A DNA stretch of 64,000 nt from assembly GCA_963737265.1 (NCBI GenBank), contig CAVTRY010000023.1, positions 32,001 to 96,000 of the forward strand, written 5' to 3'. Under the pieces are notes generated by a model. The model saw nothing but the letters and a program-made list of their open reading frames with translations. It searched no databases and had not been told where the DNA came from. The stretch is from an uncultured delta proteobacterium (GTDB lineage Bacteria > Myxococcota_A > Polyangia > Fen-1088). The translations under genes and the position numbers were made by a program. This document shows positions 19,912 to 29,847 of this stretch, piece by piece. Numbering within the stretch: position 1 is the first letter of the stretch; every line of letters starts with the position of its first letter.

Positions 19912-22900
19912 CCGGACTTTCCCTGCGCAACCCTATCGCCGTCCTCATGGCGGCGGTCGCCCTTGTTGTGTTCGCAATTGTCGTCACACCCCGCATGAGC
20001 ATCGACACCTTTCCCGAGCTGACGCCCCCAGTATTGGTAGTTGGGACGATGGCTCCAGGCCTTGGCCCCAAGGATGTGGAGAAGACACTAACCTGGCGAA
20101 TCGAGAAATACGTGAGTGCGACCCCGGGGGTGGAGCATGTGGAGAGCGTATCCCGAAACAATCTTAGTATCGTTTACGTGTGGCTCAAGTGGGGCATCGA
20201 TCTCAATGCGGCCCAGACCCTGGTCCAACAGCAAGTGGCGTTCGCGATGTCGGCCGTGCCGAAGTCGCTCGGTGTGCTGCCGCCCTTCGTGCTCCAGTAC
20301 GATCCCTCGAACGCACCCGTGGTTCAGGTCGCCGTGGCCGGTGGAGGGCTGACTGGACCGCAGCTTTACGACTATGCGCTGAATAGCATCGAGCCTATTT
20401 TGGAGGGCATTCCCGGCGTGGCCAGCGCTTCGATCAATGGCGGGAGGCAGCGGCAGATCAACGTGGTGGTGGATCCGGTCAAGGCACAGGCACGCGGGAT
20501 CACATCCACAGACGTGGCCGCGGCGGTGCACGACTCGAATGCCCTTCTGCCGTCGGGAGAGTTCATAGCCCACACGTTCGACGCAAACGTCTACACCAAT
20601 GCAGTACCCGCCAATGTGCGCGATATCGGCAACGCCGTCATCAAGGATCGCCACGGTGTCCCGGTCATGATTCGGGATGTGGCGCGGGTTGAAGACGGTG
20701 GCGCGCCGGAGACGCAAGCGGTGGCGGTAGGAGGACAGAATGCCGTCTACCTCAATGTTCTGCGCGTGCCCGGGGGCAATACCATCGAGATCGTCGATGC
20801 AGTCAAACAGAAGGTTCGCGACCTCGCCGACCTTCCGCCCGGCCTACGCGTGGTTCCGGTATTCGATCAGTCGACCTTTGTGCGTACATCCTACGAGGGC
20901 CTCAAGAAGGAGGTCGTCCAGGCGCTCATCCTGATTTCTATCGTGATCCTCATCTTCTTACAGAGCTTACGCGGAACCATGATCGTGTCGCTGGCAATCC
21001 CGCTTTCCTTCGCCATCACGCTCATCGTCCTCTACGCGACCGGCCAGACGCTGAACGCGTTCACGCTAGGTGGGCTGACCTTGGCCATGGGCCGGCTGGT
21101 CGATGATGCCGTGGTAGTCCTGGAATCGATCCACCGTCACCAGCGCATGGGACTTGGCACCTATCAGGCGGCCCTGCGCGGAACCAATGCCGTCGCTTTG
21201 CCGGTCTTGGCCTCGACACTGACGACCATGGCCGTGCTGCTTCCGGTGCTACTTTTGGCGGGACTTGCACAAAAGCTGTTTGCGCCGCTCGCACTTACGG
21301 TCGCGGTGGCAATGATTGCCTCCTACTTCGTTAGCATCTGCGTGACGCCCGTGGCCTGCCGCTACTTCCTCGGGCATGGCAAGCACGGGCGTTTCGGGAC
21401 GGTGTTCGAGTCATTCATCGACCAAATCGCCGACCGCTATGCAGCGACCCTGCGCCGGGTGTTGCCGTTTCGGCGTACCATCGTGGTGGCGTCGGCAACG
21501 CTGATTGCCGCCAGTGGTTGGGCGGCGACGCGGTTGCCCAGCACCTTCTTCCCCGAGATCGACGAATCAATGGAGCGTGTGTACGTCCGCGTGGCACCGG
21601 GCATGTCGCTCAGGGACGCATCGACGCTGATCGACCGGATGGGCGCCGATTTGCAGCAGAAGCTCGGGAAAGACCTGGTGGAACTGGTCCTCACCAACGT
21701 GGGTTCGCCCAACAATGCTCGCAGCGCCATGACCAGCCCGAACGCAGGCCCACACATGGGCTTCATCCGTCTGGCGCTGGTCGCCCCCGAGCACCGGAAG
21801 GAGAGCCAACGCGAGATCGCGGATCGGATTCGAAAGATCTTGGTGGATGAATATCCAGGCGTCGAGTTCCTCCAGTGGCCAGGTGGCCTGGTCGCCAGCG
21901 TGTTCGCCAACGGTTACATCGCACCCGTCGTGGTGGAGATCCGCGGCGACGACCTCGACGAACTGGACGCCGAGGCCAAGTCCGTGGCCCAGGTCGCCGC
22001 GACCGTGCCTGGCGTTCGCGACATCTATCCATCGCTGCAAATGGACTATCCGGAAATCCGGGTCGAAACCGATCGCATGAAGGGCGGCTACGTTGGCATT
22101 ACCGCACGGGATGCGGCGCAAACCACCCTGGAGGCAACCCTCGGCAACATCAACACGCCGAGCGTCTGGATCGATCCGAACAACGGTCAATCCTATTACG
22201 TGGTTTCTTATTACGACGGCGCCGCCGTCCCGGACATCAATGCGCTCGCGCAACTTCCAGTGCTCTTCGGGCCGGAGGGCGGCCCTGTACGCCTGGGCGC
22301 CTACGGCACGATCCGACGTTCGGTCGGGCCAATCGCCGTCGAGCGCAACCAACTCCAGCGCGCCGCTCACGTCTTCATGCAAACCCAGGGGCGCGACATC
22401 GGAACCGTCGCACACGACCTCGAGCGTGCCTTGCGAGAGGATCCACGAACACGGGATCTCAAGTTCGGGTTCGTGGGACAAGTCGAGCTTATGCGGACCA
22501 CATTTTCAGGACTTGGACTGGCGCTCGGATTGGCCATCATGATGGTTTTCATGATCATGGCCTCGCAATTCAAGTCGCTCCGGCTCCCTTTCGTCATGCT
22601 CTTCACCATCCCGGTTTCGCTGGTGGGAATCGTCCTGGCGTTGATGTCCGCCGGTCAGGGATTTTCCATCACCGCTCTCATGGGGATTCTGATGGTCATC
22701 GGGATCGCGGTGTCGAACGGCATTCTGCTGGTCGACGATGCCAACCGGCGCTTTAGCGAGGGCGTCGCCAAGGTCGAAGCAATTGTGGCGGCCGCCCGCT
22801 CGCGTTTCATCCCCATCGCGATGACCAGCTTGGCCACAGTCATTGGCCTCATCCCAACTGCGATCAGACTCGAACAAGGTTCCGAGGCCAACCAGCCTCT

Positions 22901-23009
22901 TGCGTTGGCCGTGGTTGGAGGGCTGACCTCCTCGACCATCCTCTCGCTCTTCCTTGTCCCCGTTATGTTCCTGTTGATCGCCAGACCGGCGACGGCGACA
23001 GAGTCGTAG
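19908..23009 (+). CDS. RND efflux permease, copy 2 (close paralog)
   Basis: 1033 aa with the same motifs; ATGA-coupled to copy 1. Confidence 0.93.
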   Translation: MTGLSLRNPIAVLMAAVALVVFAIVVTPRMSIDTFPELTPPVLVVGTMAPGLGPKDVEKTLTWRIEKYVSATPGVEHVESVSRNNLSIVYVWLKWGIDLNAAQTLVQQQVAFAMSAVPKSLGVLPPFVLQYDPSNAPVVQVAVAGGGLTGPQLYDYALNSIEPILEGIPGVASASINGGRQRQINVVVDPVKAQARGITSTDVAAAVHDSNALLPSGEFIAHTFDANVYTNAVPANVRDIGNAVIKDRHGVPVMIRDVARVEDGGAPETQAVAVGGQNAVYLNVLRVPGGNTIEIVDAVKQKVRDLADLPPGLRVVPVFDQSTFVRTSYEGLKKEVVQALILISIVILIFLQSLRGTMIVSLAIPLSFAITLIVLYATGQTLNAFTLGGLTLAMGRLVDDAVVVLESIHRHQRMGLGTYQAALRGTNAVALPVLASTLTTMAVLLPVLLLAGLAQKLFAPLALTVAVAMIASYFVSICVTPVACRYFLGHGKHGRFGTVFESFIDQIADRYAATLRRVLPFRRTIVVASATLIAASGWAATRLPSTFFPEIDESMERVYVRVAPGMSLRDASTLIDRMGADLQQKLGKDLVELVLTNVGSPNNARSAMTSPNAGPHMGFIRLALVAPEHRKESQREIADRIRKILVDEYPGVEFLQWPGGLVASVFANGYIAPVVVEIRGDDLDELDAEAKSVAQVAATVPGVRDIYPSLQMDYPEIRVETDRMKGGYVGITARDAAQTTLEATLGNINTPSVWIDPNNGQSYYVVSYYDGAAVPDINALAQLPVLFGPEGGPVRLGAYGTIRRSVGPIAVERNQLQRAAHVFMQTQGRDIGTVAHDLERALREDPRTRDLKFGFVGQVELMRTTFSGLGLALGLAIMMVFMIMASQFKSLRLPFVMLFTIPVSLVGIVLALMSAGQGFSITALMGILMVIGIAVSNGILLVDDANRRFSEGVAKVEAIVAAARSRFIPIAMTSLATVIGLIPTAIRLEQGSEANQPLALAVVGGLTSSTILSLFLVPVMFLLIARPATATES

Positions 23010-23273
23010 GCCACAATAGCAGCCGGCGCATCAAGCTGCTGTGTGTGCAGACCTTTCGCACAAACCAGTGCAAAACCATTCCTCCCGCTCGTCGTGATCT
23101 TGCGTGTCGCGCTTCTCGAACCCGGCCGACACCACCGATGGAACCGAGCTTGTCCAAGCAGCGGATGCGACAAGCGACACGAAGGAAGCCGCGAGTTCAA
23201 TATCCACTTTGCATGTCGTGGACCGCGTCCTGTGCCGAAACTGGATTCGCCTTCCCAGTCTGAAGGCACCCGA

Positions 23274-24347
23274 TCAAAACAGACGCGTGAGCATCGGCCC
23301 CAAGGTGTTCACCAGAACGGACAAGCCGGAAAGGCCCAAGAGCAAGTAGGTAACTCGCTTGAAATTCAGATCGGAGCTCCGCCGATAGATGGCCAAGCCG
23401 CTGAGGGTTCCCGGTACCACCGCTGGCAGGGTCAATAGCAAGAGCAACCAAAACCGGCCGCTCAGATAGTCTGGATGCAACCATGCAATCAGGCCGAGCG
23501 AGTATATCTGCGACAGGAGGATGTACGGCTGCACAATAGCGCGATGCTGTGCCTTCGGCAAACCACGCAACCCCGTCCATACGACGACCGCGGCCCCTGG
23601 GAAGGCTGTGAAGCCACCCACCACACCCCCGAGGAAGCCGACCCCAGCACCCCAGGTCGGACTGTCGCAGCCACGCACCTTGAAGGTCGAAGGCTTGAAG
23701 ATCGAATAGGCCGCGTACGCGGTCAGCAGGGTTCCGAACACCACCATCAGACTTGCCGCCGGCACGTGGGACAGAAGCCAGATTCCGATCGGGACGCCAA
23801 CCGCACCACCCAGCATGCAGGGCCCTGGCCCGGCCCAAAGATCCTTCCTGGACTTGGGCATGTCGTCGCGCAATTGTCCCACCGAGAGGAACTGATTCCC
23901 GCTCGACAAGGCTTGAAACAGGGGAACCTTCAAGATAGGCGGAAGGATCAAGAGGCTCGCGGCTCCAATGCCGGAGAAACCGAACCCCGACAGCCCGCTC
24001 ATCACACCAGAAAAGAACACGATTGCCTCAAGGCTGCCCAGCTCGCGCAGGCTCATTCCGGCCACAGTGTTGGGCTTCGTCGGCAGCAAGTAAATGATGG
24101 TTCCCGCGACCAAGAGCGCCACGCAGGCGGACACCAACAGCCAGGTCTTGGAGGAGCGCACCTTCTCGGCCGCCTGGCTCGCCACTTGGATGGCAATCTG
24201 GCTGGTCGATCGCCTGGGCGGGCGTGTGGACAGCACCACCTTGTCGTCGGCGACAACGGTGCGGCCTGTCTTTGGACGGGGCCTACTGCGGCCAGGGGCG
24301 AGGGCATTTTCGTCTATTACGATCCCGATCGGTGTTGCTATTCCCAT
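23274..24347 (-). CDS. TauE/SafE-family membrane protein
   Basis: GVMSGLSGFGFS and GFLGGVVGG...PGAAVVVW; multiple TM helices. Confidence 0.8.
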   Translation of the reverse strand: MGIATPIGIVIDENALAPGRSRPRPKTGRTVVADDKVVLSTRPPRRSTSQIAIQVASQAAEKVRSSKTWLLVSACVALLVAGTIIYLLPTKPNTVAGMSLRELGSLEAIVFFSGVMSGLSGFGFSGIGAASLLILPPILKVPLFQALSSGNQFLSVGQLRDDMPKSRKDLWAGPGPCMLGGAVGVPIGIWLLSHVPAASLMVVFGTLLTAYAAYSIFKPSTFKVRGCDSPTWGAGVGFLGGVVGGFTAFPGAAVVVWTGLRGLPKAQHRAIVQPYILLSQIYSLGLIAWLHPDYLSGRFWLLLLLTLPAVVPGTLSGLAIYRRSSDLNFKRVTYLLLGLSGLSVLVNTLGPMLTRLF

Positions 24348-24365
24348 TTCTTCACCCGTAGCCGG

Positions 24366-24558
24366 CTATGTTTCCACCAGGCGGGTTTCCGCGGCTTCCT
24401 GCAGGGCCGCCCGACGGGCAGCATTGCTCAACTGAACCGTATCGCTCGGGACCGGCTGCGGTGGTGGCTGCGGTGGGGTCTCAGGTGCTTTCGCGCGCGC
24501 GTCCGCGGCCTGAGCCACTGCTTGGGTTTGCGTGACGCTGCCTACCGGGTCGTTCATG
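24366..24558 (-). CDS. Small hypothetical protein (DTVQLS motif), possibly truncated
   Basis: AAGGAG RBS upstream; Pro/Gln-rich segment followed by SDTVQLSNAA. Confidence 0.4.
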
Positions 24559-24975
24559 TCGATGGACTCCTTCATAACCTTCTTCGGCACGGAGACCGCA
24601 CTTGATAAGGAAGATCGACACTCTTCGGGAAAATCGTTCACCACCTCCACGAAGCGCCGCCGGGCATGCGCGAGAGGTCATGAACCAGCTCGATGGCTCG
24701 GTCGCTGCCGCTTGTTGCCTTCGCGGATGATCCGGTTGCGCGATCGAATTCTCGTTTTCTCGACGGAGAATTGCGCGAAGTCGGTTCCGCCGGGTCACTC
24801 GTGATCCGGTCGTGTCCGTGAGTCAGCAGCTCGCCATCGAAGTCTTGCTGGCCGGTGGCACAGATGCCGAGGCTGCGAAGGCCGCATCCGTCGCACGCGA
24901 AACGGTCTGCCGCTGGCGGCACTCCGACGCGGTGCCCACCCGCTACCCCAGAATGGATCTGGAAGAAGGCCAATC

Positions 24976-25350
24976 GTGGAAGAGTTGAAGATCCTGATTC
25001 AGATCCCCATGCGGGTGGTGGTCTACCCATCCGCCGAGAACCCGAAGATCTGGATCGCCCACGCCCTGGACTTCGACATCATGGGCCACGGAAGCAGCCA
25101 GAAAGCGGCCCTGGCCATGTTGAACGAGGCAATGGCCGAGGCCGTGCTGTTTCGCCTGACCCACAACATGCCGCCGGTGGAAATCGCGCCAGCCCCGCCC
25201 GAGGTCTGGAAGCTCGCCCACAAGGCCGGCCTTACCAAGCGTTCGATCCAGCCTCTCAAGGACGCCAAGGTCACGGTCGGCCATTCTGGACGGCCGAAGC
25301 AGGAAATCGTCGTTAGCGCCACGCCGCCCGCCTTCGCCCATGCCTGCTAG
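24976..25350 (+). CDS. HicB-like antitoxin
   Basis: WIAHALDFDIMGHGSSQKAALAML partial RNase H-like fold pattern; overlaps a HicA-like ORF. Confidence 0.65.
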   Translation: MEELKILIQIPMRVVVYPSAENPKIWIAHALDFDIMGHGSSQKAALAMLNEAMAEAVLFRLTHNMPPVEIAPAPPEVWKLAHKAGLTKRSIQPLKDAKVTVGHSGRPKQEIVVSATPPAFAHAC

Positions 25351-25569
25351 GCTCCGCGCCCTCTGCGAGGTCTTGCGGGAGTACGGCATCCAAGGCGCGA
25401 CCCGAACCAAGGGCAGCCACCACATCTTCCACCACCCGTCAGGCAGGGCCGGCCTTACCCCATCCCCGCCCACAACGGCATGAAGACCGAGATCCCCGAC
25501 GTCTACATCCGCGGAATCTGCCGCGCCTTCGGCATCGACTACGAAGAGTTTAAGCGCCGGCTGGGGTAG
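25340..25569 (+). pseudogene. HicA-like toxin, frameshifted near 25445 (not in ORF track)
   Basis: MPARLRALCEVLREYGI...TKGSHHIFHHPSG, then in another frame RPYPIPAHNGMKTEIPDVYIRGICRAFGID...LG*. Confidence 0.75.
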
Positions 25570-25697
25570 CCGCCGCGGCGCTTGCCCTCTTTACCGGATG
25601 TTCTCGCTGCCGCTCTGCGCTTTCCAGGTTCCTGCCTAGCTGGTACGCTCGCGCCGTCGCCACCACCGGCGCGAGGTGGCACGGCCGAAAGGACGTC

Positions 25698-28682
25698 ATG
25701 CGGAGCTTGGAAGCGATCAAAGAGTTGGTGCAGAAGTTCGACCAGAACAAGGAATCGTACCTCAGCCCTTCCTACAGCGAGGCGCAGCTCCGCATCGAGT
25801 TCCTCGACCCGTTCTTCGAGGCGCTCGGCTGGGACGTGACCAACAAGCAGGGCCTTGCCGAGGCCTATAAGGAGGTGATTCACGAGGACGCCGTGAAGGT
25901 GGGCAGTGCGACGAAGGCGCCCGACTACTCTTTCAGGATCGGCGGCGTGCGGAAGTTTTTCGTGGAAGCCAAGAAGCCTTCCATCGACATCCACGACGAT
26001 CCAAGCCCGGCGTTTCAACTCCGGCGCTATGCCTGGTCGGCCAAGTTGCCGCTTTCGATCTTGACCGACTTCCAGGAATTCGCGGTCTACGACTGCCGGC
26101 TCAAGCCCGCGGTATCGGACAAGGCATCCGCCGGCCGCGTCGCATACTTCAAGTTCGCCGACTACGAATCACGCTGGGATAGCGTGCTCAGCGCGTTCTC
26201 GAAGGACGCCCTTCTCCGCGGCGCCTTCGACAAGTTCGCCGCCGAGAGCAAGACGAAGAAAGGCACGGCCGAGGTCGACGATGCCTTCCTTGAGGAGATC
26301 GAGCAATGGCGCGACCTTCTCGCCCACAACCTCGCCCGACGAAACCCACGACTGACCCAACCAGAACTGAACTTCGCCGTTCAGCGCACGATTGACCGAC
26401 TTGTCTTCCTGCGAATCTGTGAAGACCGCGGCATGGAGAACTACGGCAAGTTGCTCGGCTACTCCAACGGCGAGAACGTCTACAAGCGGTTGTGCGCCGC
26501 CTTCCGCGAAGCAGATGATCGCTACGACTCCGGACTGTTTCATTTTTGCGAGGAGAAGGAACGCGACGAGGTCCCGGACGGGCTCACCCTGTCGCTCAGC
26601 ATCGACGACAAGGTGCTCAAGGATCTCATCCGTCGCATGTACTACCCGGAGAGCCCCTATGAATTTTCCGTACTTCCGGCAGACATCCTGGGCCAGGTCT
26701 ACGAGCAATTCCTGGGCAAGGTGATACGCCTGACCGATGGTCACCAGGCACGCATCGAAGACAAGCCAGAGGTGAAGAAGGCAGGCGGCGTCTACTACAC
26801 GCCCACCTATATCGTGGAGTACATCGTCAAGAACACCCTCGGCAAGTTGCTCGAAGGGAAGACGTCCAAGGAAGCGGCAAAGATGCGCGTTCTCGATCCC
26901 GCTTGTGGATCCGGTTCGTTCTTGATTGGCGCCTACCAGTTCCTTCTCGACTGGCACAGGGATTGGTATATCGGCGACGATCCCCAGAAATGGGCCAGAG
27001 GGAAAACACCGGCCTTGTACCAAACGCGGGCGAACGAGTACCGACTCACGGCCGCCGAGCGCAAGCGAATCCTGCTGAACAGCATCTACGGGGTGGACAT
27101 CGATTCGCAAGCCGTGGAAGTGACAAAGCTGTCGCTCCTTCTCAAGGTTCTTGAGGGAGAGAACGAAGAGAGCATCAACCAGCAATTGCGGCTATTCCAT
27201 GAGCGGGCGCTGCCGGACCTTGGGAGAAACATCAAGTGTGGGAATGCCCTGATTGGCCCTGACTTCGGGCTGTCGGAAGCCATCGATCCAATTCAGATCA
27301 ACGCCTTTGACTGGCAGGCTGAGTTCCCGGAACTGCTTCGCGGGGGTGGGTTCGACGTTGTGCTTGGCAATCCTCCCTACGTCAGAATTCAGGGATTCCC
27401 AAAGGCTCAAGTTGAGTACCTGACAACGCACTATCAGGCAGCGACGGGCAACAGCGACATCTACGTCAGCTTTGTAGAACGAGGATGTCGGCTGCTTCGC
27501 AAGGGCGGACGAATGGGATTCATTCTTCCGAACAAGTTCTTTCGCACGGACTACGGGACCGGCCTTCGCGGCTTCCTCTCCGGTCGAAGGGCGGTTCATC
27601 GAATCGTAGATTTTCAGGCTGGACAGGTCTTTTCATCCGCCACGACCTACACGTGTCTCCTATTTTTGGGTGGTGAGGCGGCCGAAGCATTCGAGCATTC
27701 GGTGTCAGAGCCGAGCGCAGCCGGGCTTGCTGCTGCTAGATTCTCCAAACGAAAAGCCGAAGAACTCAGCTCCTTGCCTTGGAGTCTTGCCGACAGTCGA
27801 CACGAATCACTGCTTGCAAAACTGCAAACCGGCACTGTCCGACTCCTCGAAGTGCCATCGGAAATGAGCCGCGGGAGCAGCACGGGCTGTGACGAGGTCT
27901 TCATCATCGAGAATGGCCAAGTGGATATCGAGAAAGAAATCCTTCGTCGGCCGATATTTGCTAGCGACTTCGGGCGCTACCGATTCAATCCACGTGGCAA
28001 CCAGAGGGTCATTTTCCCGTTCGCGCGAGAGGGAACTGGTTTCCGACCGTTGCGCGAGAATGAGCTGCGCGAGCAATTTCCAAAGGCTTTCGCCTACCTT
28101 CGAGAGAACGCACCCAAGTTGCGAAAGCGCAAGCAATTCCGCGACTGGTTTGGATGGAGCGCAGCTCGGAATCTGGAAATTCACGAGCGCGCAAGCCTCC
28201 TTGTGCCCCTGTTGGCCGATCATGGTTTGTTTGCAGCGATTCCCGACAACGTACGAGGCAAGGTGTGCCTAATGGCGGGCGGTGGCTTCAGCATAACCGC
28301 GGGGGCTGGCTGCGCAGCCCAACCGGAATTCATCCTCGCGTTGCTCAACTCGAAATTGCTCTTTTGGAGGTTGCGCGGTCTGAGCAATCTTTTTCGCGGT
28401 GGCTGGATCACCTGTACGAAACAATACTTTGGTGAATTGCCGATTCGGCTTCCCGACTTGTCCAGAACCGGCGAACGTGCAACGCATGATCGTCTGGTTG
28501 AATTGGCGTGGCAGATGACTTCCATGAATTTGGCTCTGGCGGATACCCGGCTTGAGCATGAACAGCACGTCATCACGCGAAGGATCGCAGCAACCGATAT
28601 CGAGATTGATCGCCTTGTCTACGAGTTCTACGGCTTGAACGAAGCCGAAATCGGTCTGGTCAACGAAGTGCCGGACAAATGA
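25698..28682 (+). CDS. Type IIG restriction-modification enzyme (nuclease + N6-adenine MTase + TRD)
   Basis: N-terminal PDY...FFVEAKK nuclease; GVYYTP, LDPACGSGSFL and GNPPY; TaqI-C-like tail. Confidence 0.9.
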   Translation: MRSLEAIKELVQKFDQNKESYLSPSYSEAQLRIEFLDPFFEALGWDVTNKQGLAEAYKEVIHEDAVKVGSATKAPDYSFRIGGVRKFFVEAKKPSIDIHDDPSPAFQLRRYAWSAKLPLSILTDFQEFAVYDCRLKPAVSDKASAGRVAYFKFADYESRWDSVLSAFSKDALLRGAFDKFAAESKTKKGTAEVDDAFLEEIEQWRDLLAHNLARRNPRLTQPELNFAVQRTIDRLVFLRICEDRGMENYGKLLGYSNGENVYKRLCAAFREADDRYDSGLFHFCEEKERDEVPDGLTLSLSIDDKVLKDLIRRMYYPESPYEFSVLPADILGQVYEQFLGKVIRLTDGHQARIEDKPEVKKAGGVYYTPTYIVEYIVKNTLGKLLEGKTSKEAAKMRVLDPACGSGSFLIGAYQFLLDWHRDWYIGDDPQKWARGKTPALYQTRANEYRLTAAERKRILLNSIYGVDIDSQAVEVTKLSLLLKVLEGENEESINQQLRLFHERALPDLGRNIKCGNALIGPDFGLSEAIDPIQINAFDWQAEFPELLRGGGFDVVLGNPPYVRIQGFPKAQVEYLTTHYQAATGNSDIYVSFVERGCRLLRKGGRMGFILPNKFFRTDYGTGLRGFLSGRRAVHRIVDFQAGQVFSSATTYTCLLFLGGEAAEAFEHSVSEPSAAGLAAARFSKRKAEELSSLPWSLADSRHESLLAKLQTGTVRLLEVPSEMSRGSSTGCDEVFIIENGQVDIEKEILRRPIFASDFGRYRFNPRGNQRVIFPFAREGTGFRPLRENELREQFPKAFAYLRENAPKLRKRKQFRDWFGWSAARNLEIHERASLLVPLLADHGLFAAIPDNVRGKVCLMAGGGFSITAGAGCAAQPEFILALLNSKLLFWRLRGLSNLFRGGWITCTKQYFGELPIRLPDLSRTGERATHDRLVELAWQMTSMNLALADTRLEHEQHVITRRIAATDIEIDRLVYEFYGLNEAEIGLVNEVPDK

Positions 28683-29181
28683 CCAGCACCGAGGGTGCCA
28701 CGCTGACCACCCTCCGCCGGCCTTCGCGAATTGGCCGCTGCGGCCGAGCAGATCCTTCGAGCCGACGATCTGCCCGCCGGACCGCATGCGAACAAGTAGC
28801 CTCAAAGGCAAGTGGTTCGCGGTACGTTCACCCCTGAAAAACAAGGGCAGGTGCTGGCCGCACTTCCAACCATCGCCAGCGAGAGACCACGCCCCGAGAT
28901 CGGATCCCTGACCATTTCGCCACTGCCAGGGATCAAGCTGGGCGAGATCCGCCGGGCAGTCGAGCGGCTCAGGGTGGAACAAGGTGGGCACGCCATTTGG
29001 TCATTCAATATTGCCTACAGCGGACGCATCTTCGCCTACGCCCTCACCAACACCCACGACCCTAAGGAGTTTGAGCGGCTCGCCCGAGCAAAGGTTCTCG
29101 GTGATTCCCGTTCCGCGAAGTTCAACCCGGCCCGCTCGGCTGTTGGTCCCCACCTGAGCAGGCGTTCGCTATCCACATCGG

Positions 29182-29451
29182 ATGCCGAAGATGACCTGGT
29201 ATCAGGCGACCCGGCACACCTTTGCGTCACAATGGGTCATGGGCGGCGGGGCCATCGAGAAGCTGAAAGAGATCCTAGGACATTCCACGGTGCAGATGAC
29301 AGAACGGTACGCCCACCTCAAGACAGACTTGTTTGGCGCCCGCGACCTTGGCACTATCGCGGTCGACCTGCGGGCCGGATCGACCGAAACCGGTACCGTT
29401 GGTTACGCTGTGGCTACGGCCTCCGCGTCAGAAGAGAAGAAGATAGCCTAA
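29182..29451 (+). pseudogene. Tyrosine recombinase C-terminal fragment
   Basis: TRHTFAS...LGHSTVQMTERYAHL; the N-terminal part is absent. Confidence 0.85.
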
Positions 29452-29470
29452 GTAGTTGAAATTAAAGCAC

Positions 29471-29552
29471 GCGGGAATGGCGGAACTGGTAGACGCGCCA
29501 GACTTAGGATCTGGTTTCGAAAGAAGTGGAGGTTCGAGTCCTCTTTCCCGCA
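29471..29552 (+). tRNA. tRNA-Leu (TAG)
   Basis: GCGGGAA/TTCCCGC acceptor stem, CCAGA-CTTAGGA-TCTGG anticodon arm, long variable arm, GGTTCGAGTCC T-arm; CCA not encoded. Confidence 0.95.
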
Positions 29553-29587
29553 CTGAAGAACTGTCCAAAAATTGGACAGTTCTTCAG
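29553..29587 (+). terminator. Perfect 16-bp hairpin directly after the tRNA
   Basis: CTGAAGAACTGTCCAA-aaa-TTGGACAGTTCTTCAG. Confidence 0.55.
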
Positions 29588-29847
29588 CAGCCGAGCCAAG
29601 GGCTCGGCCGCAGGTGGGGTGAAGTCCGCGAATTTACTTTGCGGACGAGGGGAGGGCAGCGGCCCTCCCTTCAAAAATCTTCAAGACGGGTCCATTTATG
29701 GACACGTCTTGAGAAGTCCTTGTTTTTGTGGGCTTTTAATAGGTGAAAAACTGCTCCAGCATGAGTGCTCCTTCCTGGCCAAATCCTGGCCTCAAACTGG
29801 CGAGCGTGAAAGCCCTTCCAGGCTTTCCATGGTAGGAGGCTTCGGTC

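Noticed and set aside
28812-29459. 215-aa ORF before the tRNA
   Set aside because: No recognisable motifs, and it overlaps the integrase fragment out of frame. Probably debris.
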